From an uncultured delta proteobacterium (GTDB lineage Bacteria > Desulfobacterota > Binatia > Binatales > Binataceae): a stretch of DNA of 64,000 bases. Positions 51,523 to 62,172 of the stretch are shown here, piece by piece. Where the stretch lies: the NCBI GenBank assembly GCA_963830715.1, contig CAWHNS010000020.1, positions 102,148 to 166,147 of the forward strand. The letters are read 5' to 3'. The notes under the pieces were generated by a model that saw only the letters and a list, made by a program, of their open reading frames with translations, made no database searches and was not told where the DNA came from. How positions within the stretch are numbered: the stretch's first letter is position 1; each line of letters starts with the position of its first letter. The position numbers were made by a program, and so were the translations under genes.

Positions 51523-52737
51523 TCAAGCAGGGTCCAAGTTTATTTCACGAGTCAGGATCAATGCCACCATCGTGACGATTGCACCGCCGACGTATGGCGC
51601 GGCCGGACCGAGCGCCGCGTACGCGGCCGCTCCCGCAATCGGGCCGAAAATCCTCGCCAGCGAGAGCGCGGACTGGTTGATGCCGAGCACTTCGCCCTGC
51701 ACGTCGCGTTCGCTGCTTTTCGAGATGAGGCTCGCCACCGATGGACTCGCCAGGCCGTAGCCGGCGGCGATCAGCGCGAGCATCACCAGTAGCGCCGCAT
51801 GCGATCCGACGCTGCCCAGCGGCGCAAGGCCGATCGCGAGCGTGACCGCGCCGATTCGAACGATCGACAATTCCCCGAATCGCGGGACAATCCTTCCCAG
51901 CAGGTAACCTTGCGCGACCGCCTGCAACAGTCCGGTGTAGGCGAGCAACATTCCCACTCCGAGACTGCCGTATCCGTACACTCGCGGGACCGTCAGCGCG
52001 ATAGTCGCCTCGAGCGCGCCGAGTGCGAACGTCAGCAGGAACGCCAGCGAAAAAAGCCGGGCGAGGCGATGCGTCGCGAGATCGCGCGGCAGGCGAACGA
52101 GCGGCTCCACGAGATGCGCGAGCGTGAGGCGCGCGCCCGGCGCGGCTTCGTGCGACTCCGGCAGCCTGGCCGCCGCAAACAGAAAATTCACGAAGGTGAG
52201 CGCGCTGGCGAAGAAGACCGGGGTGCGGAGGCTGCGATGGCCCAGCAGACCGCCGAGCGCCGGCCCCAGCACAAATCCCAGCCCGAAGGCCGCTCCGATC
52301 ATTCCCATCCCGCGCGCACGCTCCGATTCGCTGGTCGTGTCGGCCACGTACGCCTGCGCGGTCGAGACCGTCGCGGCGCAGGCTCCGTGTACCGCTCGCG
52401 ACAGCATCAGCAACCAGAACGAATCCGCGAAGCCATAGATCAGGTAGCTCGCCGCCGATCCTAGCAGGCCGAGCATGATTATCGGGCGGCGGCCGACTCG
52501 ATCCGAGACTCGTCCGAGCATCGGCGCGCATAGCAGTTGCATCAGCGAATAGACCGCCAGGATCGGGCCGACCGCGCTCGCTCCGATCCCCATCCGCTGC
52601 GCAAACATCGGCAGGAACGGAATCACTATTCCGAAACCGAGCAGATCGACGAAGACGGTCAGGAACAGGATCGCGAGCGGCGCGCCGCTGCGGCGCGCTG
52701 AATCGGGCGCTTGCGTGAAAGCTTCGACCGTCGGCAT
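51523..52737 (-). CDS. MFS transporter (DHA1/TCR-like)
   Basis: GFGIVIPFLPMFAQRMG, MLGRVSDRVGRRPIIM; 12 TM. Confidence 0.85.
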   Translation of the reverse strand: MPTVEAFTQAPDSARRSGAPLAILFLTVFVDLLGFGIVIPFLPMFAQRMGIGASAVGPILAVYSLMQLLCAPMLGRVSDRVGRRPIIMLGLLGSAASYLIYGFADSFWLLMLSRAVHGACAATVSTAQAYVADTTSESERARGMGMIGAAFGLGFVLGPALGGLLGHRSLRTPVFFASALTFVNFLFAAARLPESHEAAPGARLTLAHLVEPLVRLPRDLATHRLARLFSLAFLLTFALGALEATIALTVPRVYGYGSLGVGMLLAYTGLLQAVAQGYLLGRIVPRFGELSIVRIGAVTLAIGLAPLGSVGSHAALLVMLALIAAGYGLASPSVASLISKSSERDVQGEVLGINQSALSLARIFGPIAGAAAYAALGPAAPYVGGAIVTMVALILTREINLDPA

Positions 52738-52825
52738 TGAAATCGATGAAGGCGCGATTGCCGACAGAATCTTACGCGATCAGCGGAGCGCGCGTGAGCG
52801 GGAATCTCTGACGGACGCTGTCCGT

Positions 52826-53143
52826 TTATCGATCTGCATCGGGGGCGTCTGGGTCGAATCGATAAACCAGCTCGCCCGGGCGCGCGAAGCCCAACTCGCT
52901 GCGCACCAGCCGTTCGATATAGCGGTCGTCCGAACGGAGCTTCTCAGCCTTGGTCTCAAGCTCGGCGTTTTCCGTTGTCAGCCGGCGCAGCTCCGCTTCC
53001 AGGGCCATCCTGTTCTGCCGCAGCACTATCAGATCGCTTGCCCCTTTAGGCGCGGTCAGGCAGTTGATCACCAACCCCATCGTGATCAGCCCCAGGATAA
53101 GGCTGAGCCATGCCCGCCTGAGGCGTTCGCTTAACGCAGACAT
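52826..53143 (-). CDS. ftsB: cell division protein FtsB/DivIC family
   Basis: TM + coiled coil LRRLTTENAELETKAEKLRSDDRYIERLVRSELGFARPGELVY. Confidence 0.75.
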   Translation of the reverse strand: MSALSERLRRAWLSLILGLITMGLVINCLTAPKGASDLIVLRQNRMALEAELRRLTTENAELETKAEKLRSDDRYIERLVRSELGFARPGELVYRFDPDAPDADR

Positions 53144-53278
53144 CGGCGTATCGTAAACGAGTCCCGTTGGTCACTTCAAGCCGGCTTATGCCCGCCGTTC
53201 GATCATCGCCGATAATCCCAATGACTTCGGGCTCTCGCGCGACTTTAGAATTTCTTTCTAAAGATCGTCGCGATTCTC

Positions 53279-53313
53279 TTGATCATTCGATAACGTTTTT
53301 ATATTATGCGTTC
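53279..53313 (+). promoter_or_regulatory. sigma-70-like promoter (TTGATC -17 nt- TATTAT) in AT-rich divergent region
   Basis: ttgatcattcgataacgtttttatattat; only AT-rich stretch in neighbourhood. Confidence 0.4.
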
Positions 53314-53398
53314 AGTCGGGTGGATAATTGATGGCCACCTATAAGTTTCGGTGCTTGTTCAGCGACAGTGGGGAAACAGGAGGTGTCTATGCCAGCGA

Positions 53399-53497
53399 AG
53401 CGACGGGGCGTCAAGAAGGCGCCCAAATCCAAATTTAGACTCAAGGCAAAGATGAAGAAAAAGGCCGGCAAGAAAAAGAAGAAGTAACTTCCAGACT
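53399..53497 (+). CDS. 32-aa polybasic small protein MPAKRRGVKKAPKSKFRLKAKMKKKAGKKKKK
   Basis: AGGAGG RBS 5 nt upstream of ATG; promoter upstream; two hairpins incl. intrinsic terminator downstream. Confidence 0.5.
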
Positions 53498-53581
53498 GTC
53501 TATCCTCCGAGCAAATCGGAGGCTGGCTGAAGATGCCTAGCTCGTCGCTGAACTAAGCCGGGGCGAACAGGCCTCGTAGAC

Positions 53582-53622
53582 CGACCGGAAGCCCCCTCGA
53601 AAGAGGGGGCTTCCTTTTTTTG
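53582..53622 (+). terminator. Rho-independent terminator
   Basis: gaagccccctc-gaaa-gagggggcttcc followed by ttttttt. Confidence 0.8.
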
Positions 53623-53785
53623 GCTCCGTCCGCACCGCTATTTTCACCCTATTTCCCCGCTGGGCCGCGGGCTCCATGATGTCGGGAGTCGGGGCCGCAA
53701 CTCCGGCGTCAACGCCTGCGATCTCGCGAACCCTGAATGTCGAACCGAAAATGCCGCTGATGGTACGCCAGATGAGAGCGGCCTG

Positions 53786-54619
53786 ATGCACATCGAGCTG
53801 GGGCGTTTTCCGGCCCAGGTTGAGCGGCCGGAACCGATCAAGTTCGCGTGGCCGATTCTCCTGCTTCCGGAACTTTTCACGACCGTCGCCCATCTCGCGA
53901 TCCCGCTCGGATACCTGGCGACGATCGGATGGGAAGTGTACGCGCCCGATCTTCGCGCCGCGGCGGGGCGCTCGCCCACCCCGGCGTTGGGACGGCTGCG
54001 ATTCGCCGATCTCGCCGGGCTGGTTGCGGATGCGCTCGAGGCGATCGGCCGCGAAACGATCGTGATCGGCCACGGGATCGGCGGCCTGCTCGCGCTCAAG
54101 ATGGCGGAGCGGACCGGCGTGAAGGCCGGCGTGGCCTTCGCCCCGCTGGTCCCGGGATTCCGCACCCCGCTCTTCATGCGCGCGCGGAACATTCCGGCGC
54201 TCTGGATGGGCCGCCCGCTCAGCCCTCCGACTGGTCGCGCGCTCTTCGACTTCGTCGCGGACGCCGATCCGTTCAATCGCGAAAAGCTGATCAAGGGCCT
54301 GGTGCCTGACGCCGCGGCCGCGGCGCGCGAGGTCGCACGCGGGAAAATCAGCTTTGCATCCGCGGACCGGTCGGCCCCCAGGCTGATCGTCGCCGGCGAC
54401 AGCGATCCCTTTGCGCCGCTTGCGCTCGTGAGCACGTTCGCAAACTCGATCGGCGCGCCCCTCAAGACCATTGCGGGCCGCGGCCATTGGATAATCGGCG
54501 GACGCGCACTCGAGCGCGCGATCAACGAGGCGCATCGCTTCCTGGTCCGCTCGCTGGGCCAGGACCTGCTGCTGCTTTATCCCGAAGAATGGAAAAAGCA
54601 GGGCGACGACAACCGATGA
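53786..54619 (+). CDS. alpha/beta-fold hydrolase
   Basis: IGHGIGGLLA (GxSxG-like nucleophile elbow variant), overall fold pattern. Confidence 0.7.
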   Translation: MHIELGRFPAQVERPEPIKFAWPILLLPELFTTVAHLAIPLGYLATIGWEVYAPDLRAAAGRSPTPALGRLRFADLAGLVADALEAIGRETIVIGHGIGGLLALKMAERTGVKAGVAFAPLVPGFRTPLFMRARNIPALWMGRPLSPPTGRALFDFVADADPFNREKLIKGLVPDAAAAAREVARGKISFASADRSAPRLIVAGDSDPFAPLALVSTFANSIGAPLKTIAGRGHWIIGGRALERAINEAHRFLVRSLGQDLLLLYPEEWKKQGDDNR

Positions 54620-54695
54620 CCGACGCTACCCCATCTCATTTCGCCATTGCCCGCGAAAGCGGCGCGGACCTAAACTCGATCCGGAGGAGCCGCCG

Positions 54696-55472
54696 ATGTC
54701 CGAGCAGAATCTGCTGATCGAGGAAGAACAGGGCCTGGCGACAATCACGATGAACCGGCCCGAAAAGCGCAACCCGCTCTCCTCCGCGATGATGGGCGAT
54801 CTGATCGCGGCGTTGCGCGGAATCGGCGAGCGGAACGATCTGCGCGCGGTGATTATCGCGGGCGCCGGCTCGGCCTTCAGCGCCGGTCACGACTTGAGCG
54901 AACTGCGCGATCGCGATCTCGGCTTCTACCGCCGGGTCTTCGATTTGTGCGCGGACCTGATGCGGACCGTGCAGGCGATTCCTCAGCCGGTGATCGCGCG
55001 GGTCCACGGTATCGCGACCGCCGCCGGATGCCAGCTTGCCGCCACCTGCGATCTGGTGGTCGCCGCCGAGAGCGCGAAGTTCGCCACCCCCGGCGTGCGC
55101 ATCGGGCTGTTCTGTTCCACCCCGATGGTTGCGCTGACGCGCGCGGTCGGCCGCAAGCATGCGATGGAGATGCTGCTCACCGGCCAGCTGATCGACGCCC
55201 GCACCGCGGCCCAGTGGGGGCTGGTCAACCGTGTCGTGCCCGACCCCGACCTCGCCGCCGAGACCCGCAAGCTCGCTATACAAATTGTAGAGGCAAGCCC
55301 GCTGACGGTCGCGATCGGAAAGCAGGCCTTTTACGCGCAGATCGACCTCGATCAGCACAAGGCCTACGACTACACCCGCGAAGTGATGAGCCTGAACGCG
55401 ATGGCGGCCGACGCGCAGGAAGGCATCGGCGCTTTCCTGGAAAAGCGAAAGCCCCGCTGGTGCGGAAAATAA
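54696..55472 (+). CDS. enoyl-CoA hydratase/isomerase family protein
   Basis: LATITMNRPEKRNPLS, VIIAGAGSAFSAGHDL, VHGIATAAGCQLAATCDLVVAA. Confidence 0.85.
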   Translation: MSEQNLLIEEEQGLATITMNRPEKRNPLSSAMMGDLIAALRGIGERNDLRAVIIAGAGSAFSAGHDLSELRDRDLGFYRRVFDLCADLMRTVQAIPQPVIARVHGIATAAGCQLAATCDLVVAAESAKFATPGVRIGLFCSTPMVALTRAVGRKHAMEMLLTGQLIDARTAAQWGLVNRVVPDPDLAAETRKLAIQIVEASPLTVAIGKQAFYAQIDLDQHKAYDYTREVMSLNAMAADAQEGIGAFLEKRKPRWCGK

Positions 55473-55572
55473 ACGCCGGCTCGGCGCCGCAACCACCAGC
55501 GCCGCCTTCCGCGACCCGCGGCTCCTGGTGCGTCGGCTGACTTTCGCCCTGGTTTGGTAGCGCGAGGAAGAA

Positions 55573-58089
55573 ATGCCGAATCGAAGCCATTTTGCCGGAC
55601 CTTACGCGCAGCCTCCCGAGCCATTGGCGGAGCTGGCGTTGGACCTGCGGAACTGCTGGGACCATACCACCGATCCGGTGTGGAGCAAGATCGACCCCGA
55701 GCTATGGTCGCTCACGCACAATCCCTGGCTGGTCCTGCAGACGGCCTCGCGAAAGAGAATCGAGGCGCTCGAAGCCGATCCGGAATTCCACGCGCAGGTG
55801 CGCGAACTCGCCAGCAGCGGGCGGGAGTATCTGAAACGCCCAGCGTGGTTCCAGCATGCTCACGCCAACTCACCGCTCGGCCGCGTCGCATACTTCAGCA
55901 TGGAGTTCGCCCTGAGCGAGGCGCTCCCAATCTACTCCGGCGGACTGGGTAACGTCGCCGGCGATTATCTGAAAGCCGCCAGCGACCTGGCAGTCCCGGT
56001 TGTGGGGGTCGGGCTTCTTTATCAGCAGGGATATTTCCGCCAGATTATCGACCCGGACGGCACTCAGCGCGCGTTGAACCCCTACAACGATCCCGGGCAG
56101 CTTCCCATAACCCCGGTGCGCGACAGCGACGGCGAATGGTTCCGTCTCAGCGTCAACTTGCCGGGCCACCGACTCTGGCTGCGCGCCTGGCAGGTACGGG
56201 TCGGCCGGCTCAAACTGTACCTGCTCGATAGCAACGACCTTGCGAACCAGCCGGCGTATCGAGGCATCACCAGCGAACTCTACGGCGGCGGCCCAGAGTT
56301 GCGTCTCACGCAGGAACTGGTGCTGGGGATCGGCGGCTGGCGCTTGCTTCGCGGTCTCGGGATCAAACCGGAAGTCTGCCATCTCAACGAGGGACACGCC
56401 GCGTTCGTCGTGCTCGAACGCGCCCGAGACTTCATGGAGGAAACCGGTCAGCCGTTCGAGGTTGCCCTCGGCGTAACGCGCGTCGGCAACCTGTTTACGA
56501 CTCACACCCCCGTCGCGGCCGGCTTCGATCGCTTCGCACCGGGCCTGATCGGCGAATACGCCACGCGCTACGCGCAGGAGCAACTCCAGATCGATCTTTC
56601 GCGCCTGCTCGCACTGGGCCGCGAGCACCCGGACGATCCCAATGAACCCTTCAGCATGGCCTATCTGGCAATCCGTGGCTGCGGAGCGATCAACGGAGTC
56701 AGCCGCCTGCACGCCGTCGTGAGCCGCCGGATATTCCAATGCCTGTTTCCACGCTGGCCCCAGGCTGAAGTGCCCGTTGGCCACGTCACCAACGGCGTGC
56801 ATACGCCGACCTGGGACTCGGCGGCGGCGGATGCGCTATGGACCGGGGCCTGCGGTCGAGAGCGCTGGCGCGGCACATTGGAAACCGTCGCGAGTGATAT
56901 ATCTCGCGTCTCGGACGCCGACCTGTGGGAGCTTCGCGCGACCAATCGCCTCGAACTGGTGCGATTCGTGCGGGAGCGCGCTGCGAGGGAACTGGCCGCG
57001 CGCGGTGGCGATGCCGCGATCGCGCGGTCGATATTCGATCCAAATGCGCTCACGCTGGGCTTTGCGCGCCGGTTCACGGCATACAAGCGGCCCAACCAGC
57101 TTCTTCACGATCCTGAACGCCTCGTTCGCATCCTCACCAATCCGGATCGCCCTCTTCAATTGGTGATCGCGGGTAAGGCTCATCCGGAGGACAAATCCGC
57201 CCAGGCAATGATCCAGGCGTGGGTGCACTTCGTTCAGCGTCCCGACGTGCGCCGCCACGCCGTTTTTCTCAGTGACTATGACCTGTTGCTCGCGGAGCGT
57301 CTGGTTCAGGGCGCGGACCTGTGGCTCAACACTCCGCGCCGTCCCTGGGAGGCCAGTGGAACCAGCGGCATGAAGACGCTCGTCAATGGCGGCCTCAACC
57401 TGTCGGAACTGGACGGCTGGTGGGACGAAGCCTACTCGCCGGAAACAGGCTGGGCGCTTGGGGACGGAAATGAGCACGGAGAAGACCCCGCCTGGGACGC
57501 GATCGAAGCGGATGCGCTGTACAAAATTCTCGAAGATCAGGTCATTCCGGCTTTCTATGCGCGCGACGCCAAGGGCATACCAACTCAATGGGTCTCGCGG
57601 ATGCGCGCGAGCATGGTCCGCCTGACGCCCCGGTTCTCGGCTAACCGCGTCGTGCGTGAGTATACGGACAACTACTATGTCGCCGCGGCCACCGCGTACC
57701 GCGACCGCGCTCGCGAGCACGGCGCACTTGTCGTATCGCTGCTTGAGTGGCAAAGAGCGCTCTCACAGCATTGGCCTGATGCGCGATTTGGTGAGATGCA
57801 GATCAAGACGCGCGATGGCAGCCATCTGTTTCAGGTTCAGGTTTATCTTGGCGATTTGAGCCCGGAGCAGGTACGCGTGGAACTCTACGCAGAGTCGATC
57901 GATGGGGCTCCCGCAATCCGACAGGAAATGACGCGCGGAAATCCGCTGCCCGGCTCCGCGAAAGCATTTGTGTACGGCGCAGAAGTTGCTGCATCGCGGC
58001 CGCCTTCAGACTACACGCCCCGAGTGGTCCCGTATCATCCCGCCGCACAGATCCCTCTGGAGGACGCCCACATTCTCTGGTTCCGCTAG
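55573..58089 (+). CDS. glgP: alpha-glucan (glycogen/maltodextrin) phosphorylase, GT35 alpha-glucan family
   Basis: YFSMEFALSEALPIYSGGLGNVAGD; LNEGHAAFV; GTSGMKTLVNGGLNLSELDGWW (PLP Lys). Confidence 0.9.
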   Translation: MPNRSHFAGPYAQPPEPLAELALDLRNCWDHTTDPVWSKIDPELWSLTHNPWLVLQTASRKRIEALEADPEFHAQVRELASSGREYLKRPAWFQHAHANSPLGRVAYFSMEFALSEALPIYSGGLGNVAGDYLKAASDLAVPVVGVGLLYQQGYFRQIIDPDGTQRALNPYNDPGQLPITPVRDSDGEWFRLSVNLPGHRLWLRAWQVRVGRLKLYLLDSNDLANQPAYRGITSELYGGGPELRLTQELVLGIGGWRLLRGLGIKPEVCHLNEGHAAFVVLERARDFMEETGQPFEVALGVTRVGNLFTTHTPVAAGFDRFAPGLIGEYATRYAQEQLQIDLSRLLALGREHPDDPNEPFSMAYLAIRGCGAINGVSRLHAVVSRRIFQCLFPRWPQAEVPVGHVTNGVHTPTWDSAAADALWTGACGRERWRGTLETVASDISRVSDADLWELRATNRLELVRFVRERAARELAARGGDAAIARSIFDPNALTLGFARRFTAYKRPNQLLHDPERLVRILTNPDRPLQLVIAGKAHPEDKSAQAMIQAWVHFVQRPDVRRHAVFLSDYDLLLAERLVQGADLWLNTPRRPWEASGTSGMKTLVNGGLNLSELDGWWDEAYSPETGWALGDGNEHGEDPAWDAIEADALYKILEDQVIPAFYARDAKGIPTQWVSRMRASMVRLTPRFSANRVVREYTDNYYVAAATAYRDRAREHGALVVSLLEWQRALSQHWPDARFGEMQIKTRDGSHLFQVQVYLGDLSPEQVRVELYAESIDGAPAIRQEMTRGNPLPGSAKAFVYGAEVAASRPPSDYTPRVVPYHPAAQIPLEDAHILWFR

Positions 58090-58134
58090 GCAAGTGAGGA
58101 GTCACGAGAGCTTGCAGAATGGAGGAACGACCCG

Positions 58135-59001
58135 ATGCGTTTCACACTGATGCTTTCCCGAGGAGAATATCGGGATTTCCAGACGATCGCTCGAGCCGCC
58201 GAGGCCTCCGGCTGGACTTCGATTACGATTCCGGACAGCCTGTTCTTTCCGCGCGTTACCGAGTCCGATTATCCTTACGCCGATACCGACAACATCCGGG
58301 AATATATTTCGGCGACTCCCTTCATCGAACCTATTGTCGCGATGACCTGGATGGCGGCGGTGACGAAGACGCTGCGCTTCTACCCCGCGGTCATGAAGGT
58401 GCCGGTACGCCAGCCGCTGGTGCTCGCCAAGGCGCTGAGCTCGCTGGCAGTCATTTCGGGCAACCGCGTCAGTCTCGGCGCGGGTCTTGGTCCCTGGCGC
58501 GAGGACTTTACCTACAATGGCGTCGCTTTCGAGAAGCGCGGCAGGCTGATGGACGAGTGCATCGAAATCATCCGGGGCGCCTTGCGCGGCGGCTACTTCG
58601 AATTTCATAGCGACAACTACGACATCGGACCGATGAAGATGAATCCCGTGCCCGACAAACCGGTGCCAATCCTGTTCGGCGGGCACAGCAAGGCCGCGCT
58701 CGCCCGCGCCGCCCGCCTGTGTGATGGGTGGATCTCGGCGAATGCCGATACCGAAACCTTGAAGAGTCTCATCGGTGGACTGAATGCCCAGCGCGAACGG
58801 TATGGAACGCTGGGCAGGCCCGATTTCGAGATTCATGTCATGGACGTCACGGCGAGCGCCGCCGATGATTTCAGGCGCCTTGCGGATCTCGGCGCTACCG
58901 ACATCGTTACGGGCTTTGCGAGCGAGGGCCAGGACATGATCGATCACGTGCGCCGCTTCGGCGAGACAATAATCGCGAAGATCGGAACGGGCCGCTCCTG
59001 A
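58135..59001 (+). CDS. LLM-class (luciferase-like) flavin/F420-dependent oxidoreductase
   Basis: TIM-barrel LLM pattern GWTSITIPDSLFFP...VMKVPVRQPLVLAKALSSLAVISGNRVSLGAGLG. Confidence 0.75.
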   Translation: MRFTLMLSRGEYRDFQTIARAAEASGWTSITIPDSLFFPRVTESDYPYADTDNIREYISATPFIEPIVAMTWMAAVTKTLRFYPAVMKVPVRQPLVLAKALSSLAVISGNRVSLGAGLGPWREDFTYNGVAFEKRGRLMDECIEIIRGALRGGYFEFHSDNYDIGPMKMNPVPDKPVPILFGGHSKAALARAARLCDGWISANADTETLKSLIGGLNAQRERYGTLGRPDFEIHVMDVTASAADDFRRLADLGATDIVTGFASEGQDMIDHVRRFGETIIAKIGTGRS

Positions 59002-59094
59002 GAGGCCGAACCAGACGGTTCGGATCGCCCATCTGGTCACGGTGATCGCGCAGCGCGCGCCAGTCGGACGGCGAACTATCAGGGACCGGAAAAG

Positions 59095-60090
59095 ATGAGC
59101 GCTGGGCGGAGATTCGTCATCGCGCTTGCCGTCCTCGTTTTCCTGACGGCAGCGGGCACGACCGGCTACATCCTGATCGAAGGAATGTCGCTGATCGATG
59201 CGGTTTACATGTCGGTCATCACGATTTCCACGGTCGGGTTTGGAGAAGTCAAGCCGCTCAGCCCCGCCTGCCGGCTGTTTACGATTGGACTCATCGTCAC
59301 CGGCGTCGGTACCGCGCTTTATCTGTTCGCGGTGGTCGCCGAATTGCTGATCGAAGGACGGTTGCGCGAATACCTTGGGAAAAGTGCGATGGAACACAAG
59401 ATTCATCAGCTCGAAAATCACGTCGTGGTCTGCGGCTATGGACGTTTCGGCAAAGTCGTGGCGGAGGAGATCTCGCGTAATTCGATACCGGTGGTCGTTA
59501 TCGATCACGATCCGACTATGCAGGCGGAGCTGGCGCAGGCCGGCCTGCCCTACGTGATCGGGTCTGCTCTTCAGGAGAGTGTGCTGGAAGAAGCGGGAAT
59601 CCGGCGCGCGCGTGCGATCGTCATCGCGACCGCTTCCGATGCCGACAACGTCTACATCACGCTCTCGGCGCGCGAGAAGAATCCCGCGCTGCGGATCCAT
59701 GCGCGGGCCGAATCAGAGGCCGGCGCCCGCCGCATGAAGCTCGCCGGCGCCGATCAGGTGCTGTGGATTTACCAGTGGGGCGCGTTCAGGATGGCGGCGT
59801 CGATTATCCGGCCCTCGGTGGTGGACTTTCTCGAACTGTCCGTTCCCGGGCGCGGAGCTGAAGTCGATCTCGAGGAAATCAGGGTCGCATCCGGAAGTCC
59901 GATGGTCGGAAAGACGATCCGATCGCTGGAAGATGGAACCGAGCGGCTCAGGATCGTGGCGCTCAAGAAACAGGGAGGCGACATTTCCCTCATCCCCGAC
60001 TCCGCCACTACGATCGGCGTCGGAGATTACCTGGTGGTCATCGGCGAAAGCACCGGCATCAAGAAGCTGAGCGCGATGATTTCAGGTTAG
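59095..60090 (+). CDS. two-TM potassium channel with RCK (TrkA_N + TrkA_C) gating domains
   Basis: selectivity filter TISTVGFGE; Rossmann VVCGYGRFGKVVA; TrkA_C. Confidence 0.85.
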   Translation: MSAGRRFVIALAVLVFLTAAGTTGYILIEGMSLIDAVYMSVITISTVGFGEVKPLSPACRLFTIGLIVTGVGTALYLFAVVAELLIEGRLREYLGKSAMEHKIHQLENHVVVCGYGRFGKVVAEEISRNSIPVVVIDHDPTMQAELAQAGLPYVIGSALQESVLEEAGIRRARAIVIATASDADNVYITLSAREKNPALRIHARAESEAGARRMKLAGADQVLWIYQWGAFRMAASIIRPSVVDFLELSVPGRGAEVDLEEIRVASGSPMVGKTIRSLEDGTERLRIVALKKQGGDISLIPDSATTIGVGDYLVVIGESTGIKKLSAMISG

Positions 60091-60124
60091 GGGCGGGAGC
60101 GGCTCTGCCCCCCGGGAGCTTCCG

Positions 60125-62125
60125 TCACGTCGCCTCGTCCTCGGCTTCCTGCAAGACCGCGGTGGGCAGGACCTCGGGGTTCAGGTCTTCAAGGAATCGC
60201 GAAGCGCGGCCGATCACGTGGCCCATCGCGCGATCGAACATGTACATCGGGTAGGATATGTAGAGTTCGTCGCGGGCGCGCGTGACGGCGACGTACATCA
60301 GGCGGCGCTCCTCCTCCAGGTCCTCCGGCGAGGCGCTCTGCGGCGCCGGGAAGCGGCCGTCGGCGGCCCAGATCAGAAACACCGCCTTCCACTCCAGGCC
60401 CTTCGCGGAGTGGATCGTGCTGAGGGTGACGTAGCCTTCCTCCGGATCGACCGCGAGTATGTCTCCGATCGAATCGTTCGGCGGTTCGAGCGCCATGTCG
60501 GCGAGCATCGACTGGAGGCTCCGGTAGCGCTCCGTGATGGCCTGGAAGTGCTCGAGGTCGCGCTCGCGCTTGGGATAGTCGTCGGGATACGCCTCGCGCA
60601 TCAGCGGAAGGTAGTAGCCGAGCACGATCGCGAGCTGATCGGCGGGACGATCCGGCTTCGCGCGCAGCTCCGACAGCAGCGCCGAAAGCCGCTCGAGCGT
60701 CGGCTCTCCCTTGCCCGCCCCCTTCGCCGCCGTGGCGAGCGCCTGCTCGGGCGCCGGCGAGTTGATCACCGCCTCGACCACCCGCTCGGCGCGCCGTGGG
60801 CCGATCCCGCGCACGATCATCAGCACCCGCAGCCACGAGACCGCGTCGGCGGGATTGGCGATCACGCGCAGATGGGCGAGCACGTCCTTGATGTGCGCGG
60901 TCTCGATGAACTTGAATCCGCCGCGCTTGATGAACGGGATGTCGCGGCGCTGCAGTTCGAGCTCCAGGTCGAAGGAGTGAAAGCTCGATCGAAACAACAC
61001 CGCCAGCTCGCCGAGCGCGGCGCCTTCCTCGCGCAGCTCCAGGATTCGCTGCGCGACGAAGCGCGACTGGGTATGCTCGTCCTGCGCGCGCACCAGCAGC
61101 GGGCGAAAGCCGCCGCGACGGCGCGTGAACAGCACCTTGGTGTAGCTCTCCTGCGCGCGGGAGATGACCTGGTTGGCGGCGTCCAGAATGCCCTGCAGCG
61201 ATCGGTAGTTCTCCTCCAGCTTCACCACCCGCGCGCCGGGGAACAGCGCGGGGAATTCGATGATGTTGCGGAAGTTGGCGCCGCGGAACGAGTAGATCGA
61301 TTGCGCGTCGTCGCCGACCGCCATCACGTTGCGATGAGTCGCCGCGAGCAGCTTGACCAGCTCGGCCTGGATCAGGTTGGTGTCCTGATACTCATCAATC
61401 ATTATGTAGCGATAACTGTCCGACAGGCGGTGTCGCGCCGCTTCATGATCTCGCAGCAGCTCGGCCAGCCGGTAGAGCAGATCGTCGTAGTCGAGCAGCG
61501 CGCGCTCGCGCTTGTAGGCCTCGTACTTGCCGGCCAGTTGCAGAATCTCGCCCTGATGCTCGCGGAGATGGCGAAAGTCGGCCTCGATCTCGGCTTCGAG
61601 CGCGCGGGCCTTGTTGCGCGCCATGCTGATGACCTCGGCCAGCGAAGCCTTCTTCGGGAAACGGCGCTCGCGCGAGGCCAAGCCCATCCGCGTCCGCAGC
61701 AGGTTGAGCACGTCCTCCATGTCGGAGCGATCGAGAATCGTGAAATTGGGCTGGATTCCGATCGGCGCGCCGTGGCGGCGCAGGATCATGTTGGCGAACG
61801 AATGGAAGGTGCCGCCCGCGACCGCCCGCGAGCGATCGCCGACCAGGCGCTCCGCGCGGCGGAGCATCTCCTGCGCCGCCCGCCGCGTGAAGGTCAGCAG
61901 CAGGATCGCGCCCGGAGCAACGCCGCTCTCGATCAGGCGCGCGACCCGATAGATCAGCGTCCGTGTCTTGCCCGAGCCTGCGCCCGCAATCACCAGCAGC
62001 GGCCCCTCGCGATGCCTGACCGCCTCGAGCTGCGCCGGGTTCAGGACTTCTTCGTACCTGATCTTGAAGCTGCGCTCGTCCGGCGGCGGCGAATCTTTCT
62101 TGAGAGCGATTACCTTGTCGGCCAC
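60125..62125 (-). CDS. uvrD: UvrD/PcrA/Rep-family ATP-dependent DNA helicase
   Basis: Walker A AGAGSGKTRTLIYRV; IMIDEYQDTN; helicase motifs V-VI. Confidence 0.9.
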   Translation of the reverse strand: MADKVIALKKDSPPPDERSFKIRYEEVLNPAQLEAVRHREGPLLVIAGAGSGKTRTLIYRVARLIESGVAPGAILLLTFTRRAAQEMLRRAERLVGDRSRAVAGGTFHSFANMILRRHGAPIGIQPNFTILDRSDMEDVLNLLRTRMGLASRERRFPKKASLAEVISMARNKARALEAEIEADFRHLREHQGEILQLAGKYEAYKRERALLDYDDLLYRLAELLRDHEAARHRLSDSYRYIMIDEYQDTNLIQAELVKLLAATHRNVMAVGDDAQSIYSFRGANFRNIIEFPALFPGARVVKLEENYRSLQGILDAANQVISRAQESYTKVLFTRRRGGFRPLLVRAQDEHTQSRFVAQRILELREEGAALGELAVLFRSSFHSFDLELELQRRDIPFIKRGGFKFIETAHIKDVLAHLRVIANPADAVSWLRVLMIVRGIGPRRAERVVEAVINSPAPEQALATAAKGAGKGEPTLERLSALLSELRAKPDRPADQLAIVLGYYLPLMREAYPDDYPKRERDLEHFQAITERYRSLQSMLADMALEPPNDSIGDILAVDPEEGYVTLSTIHSAKGLEWKAVFLIWAADGRFPAPQSASPEDLEEERRLMYVAVTRARDELYISYPMYMFDRAMGHVIGRASRFLEDLNPEVLPTAVLQEAEDEAT

Positions 62126-62172
62126 TTCGCCGCGATCCTATCACGGCAAGCCGCGCCGGTAATCGCGATCAG

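Noticed and set aside
58102-59700. 532-aa minus ORF spanning LLM oxidoreductase and K+ channel genes
   Set aside because: Covers two well-supported plus-strand genes; no domain signatures.
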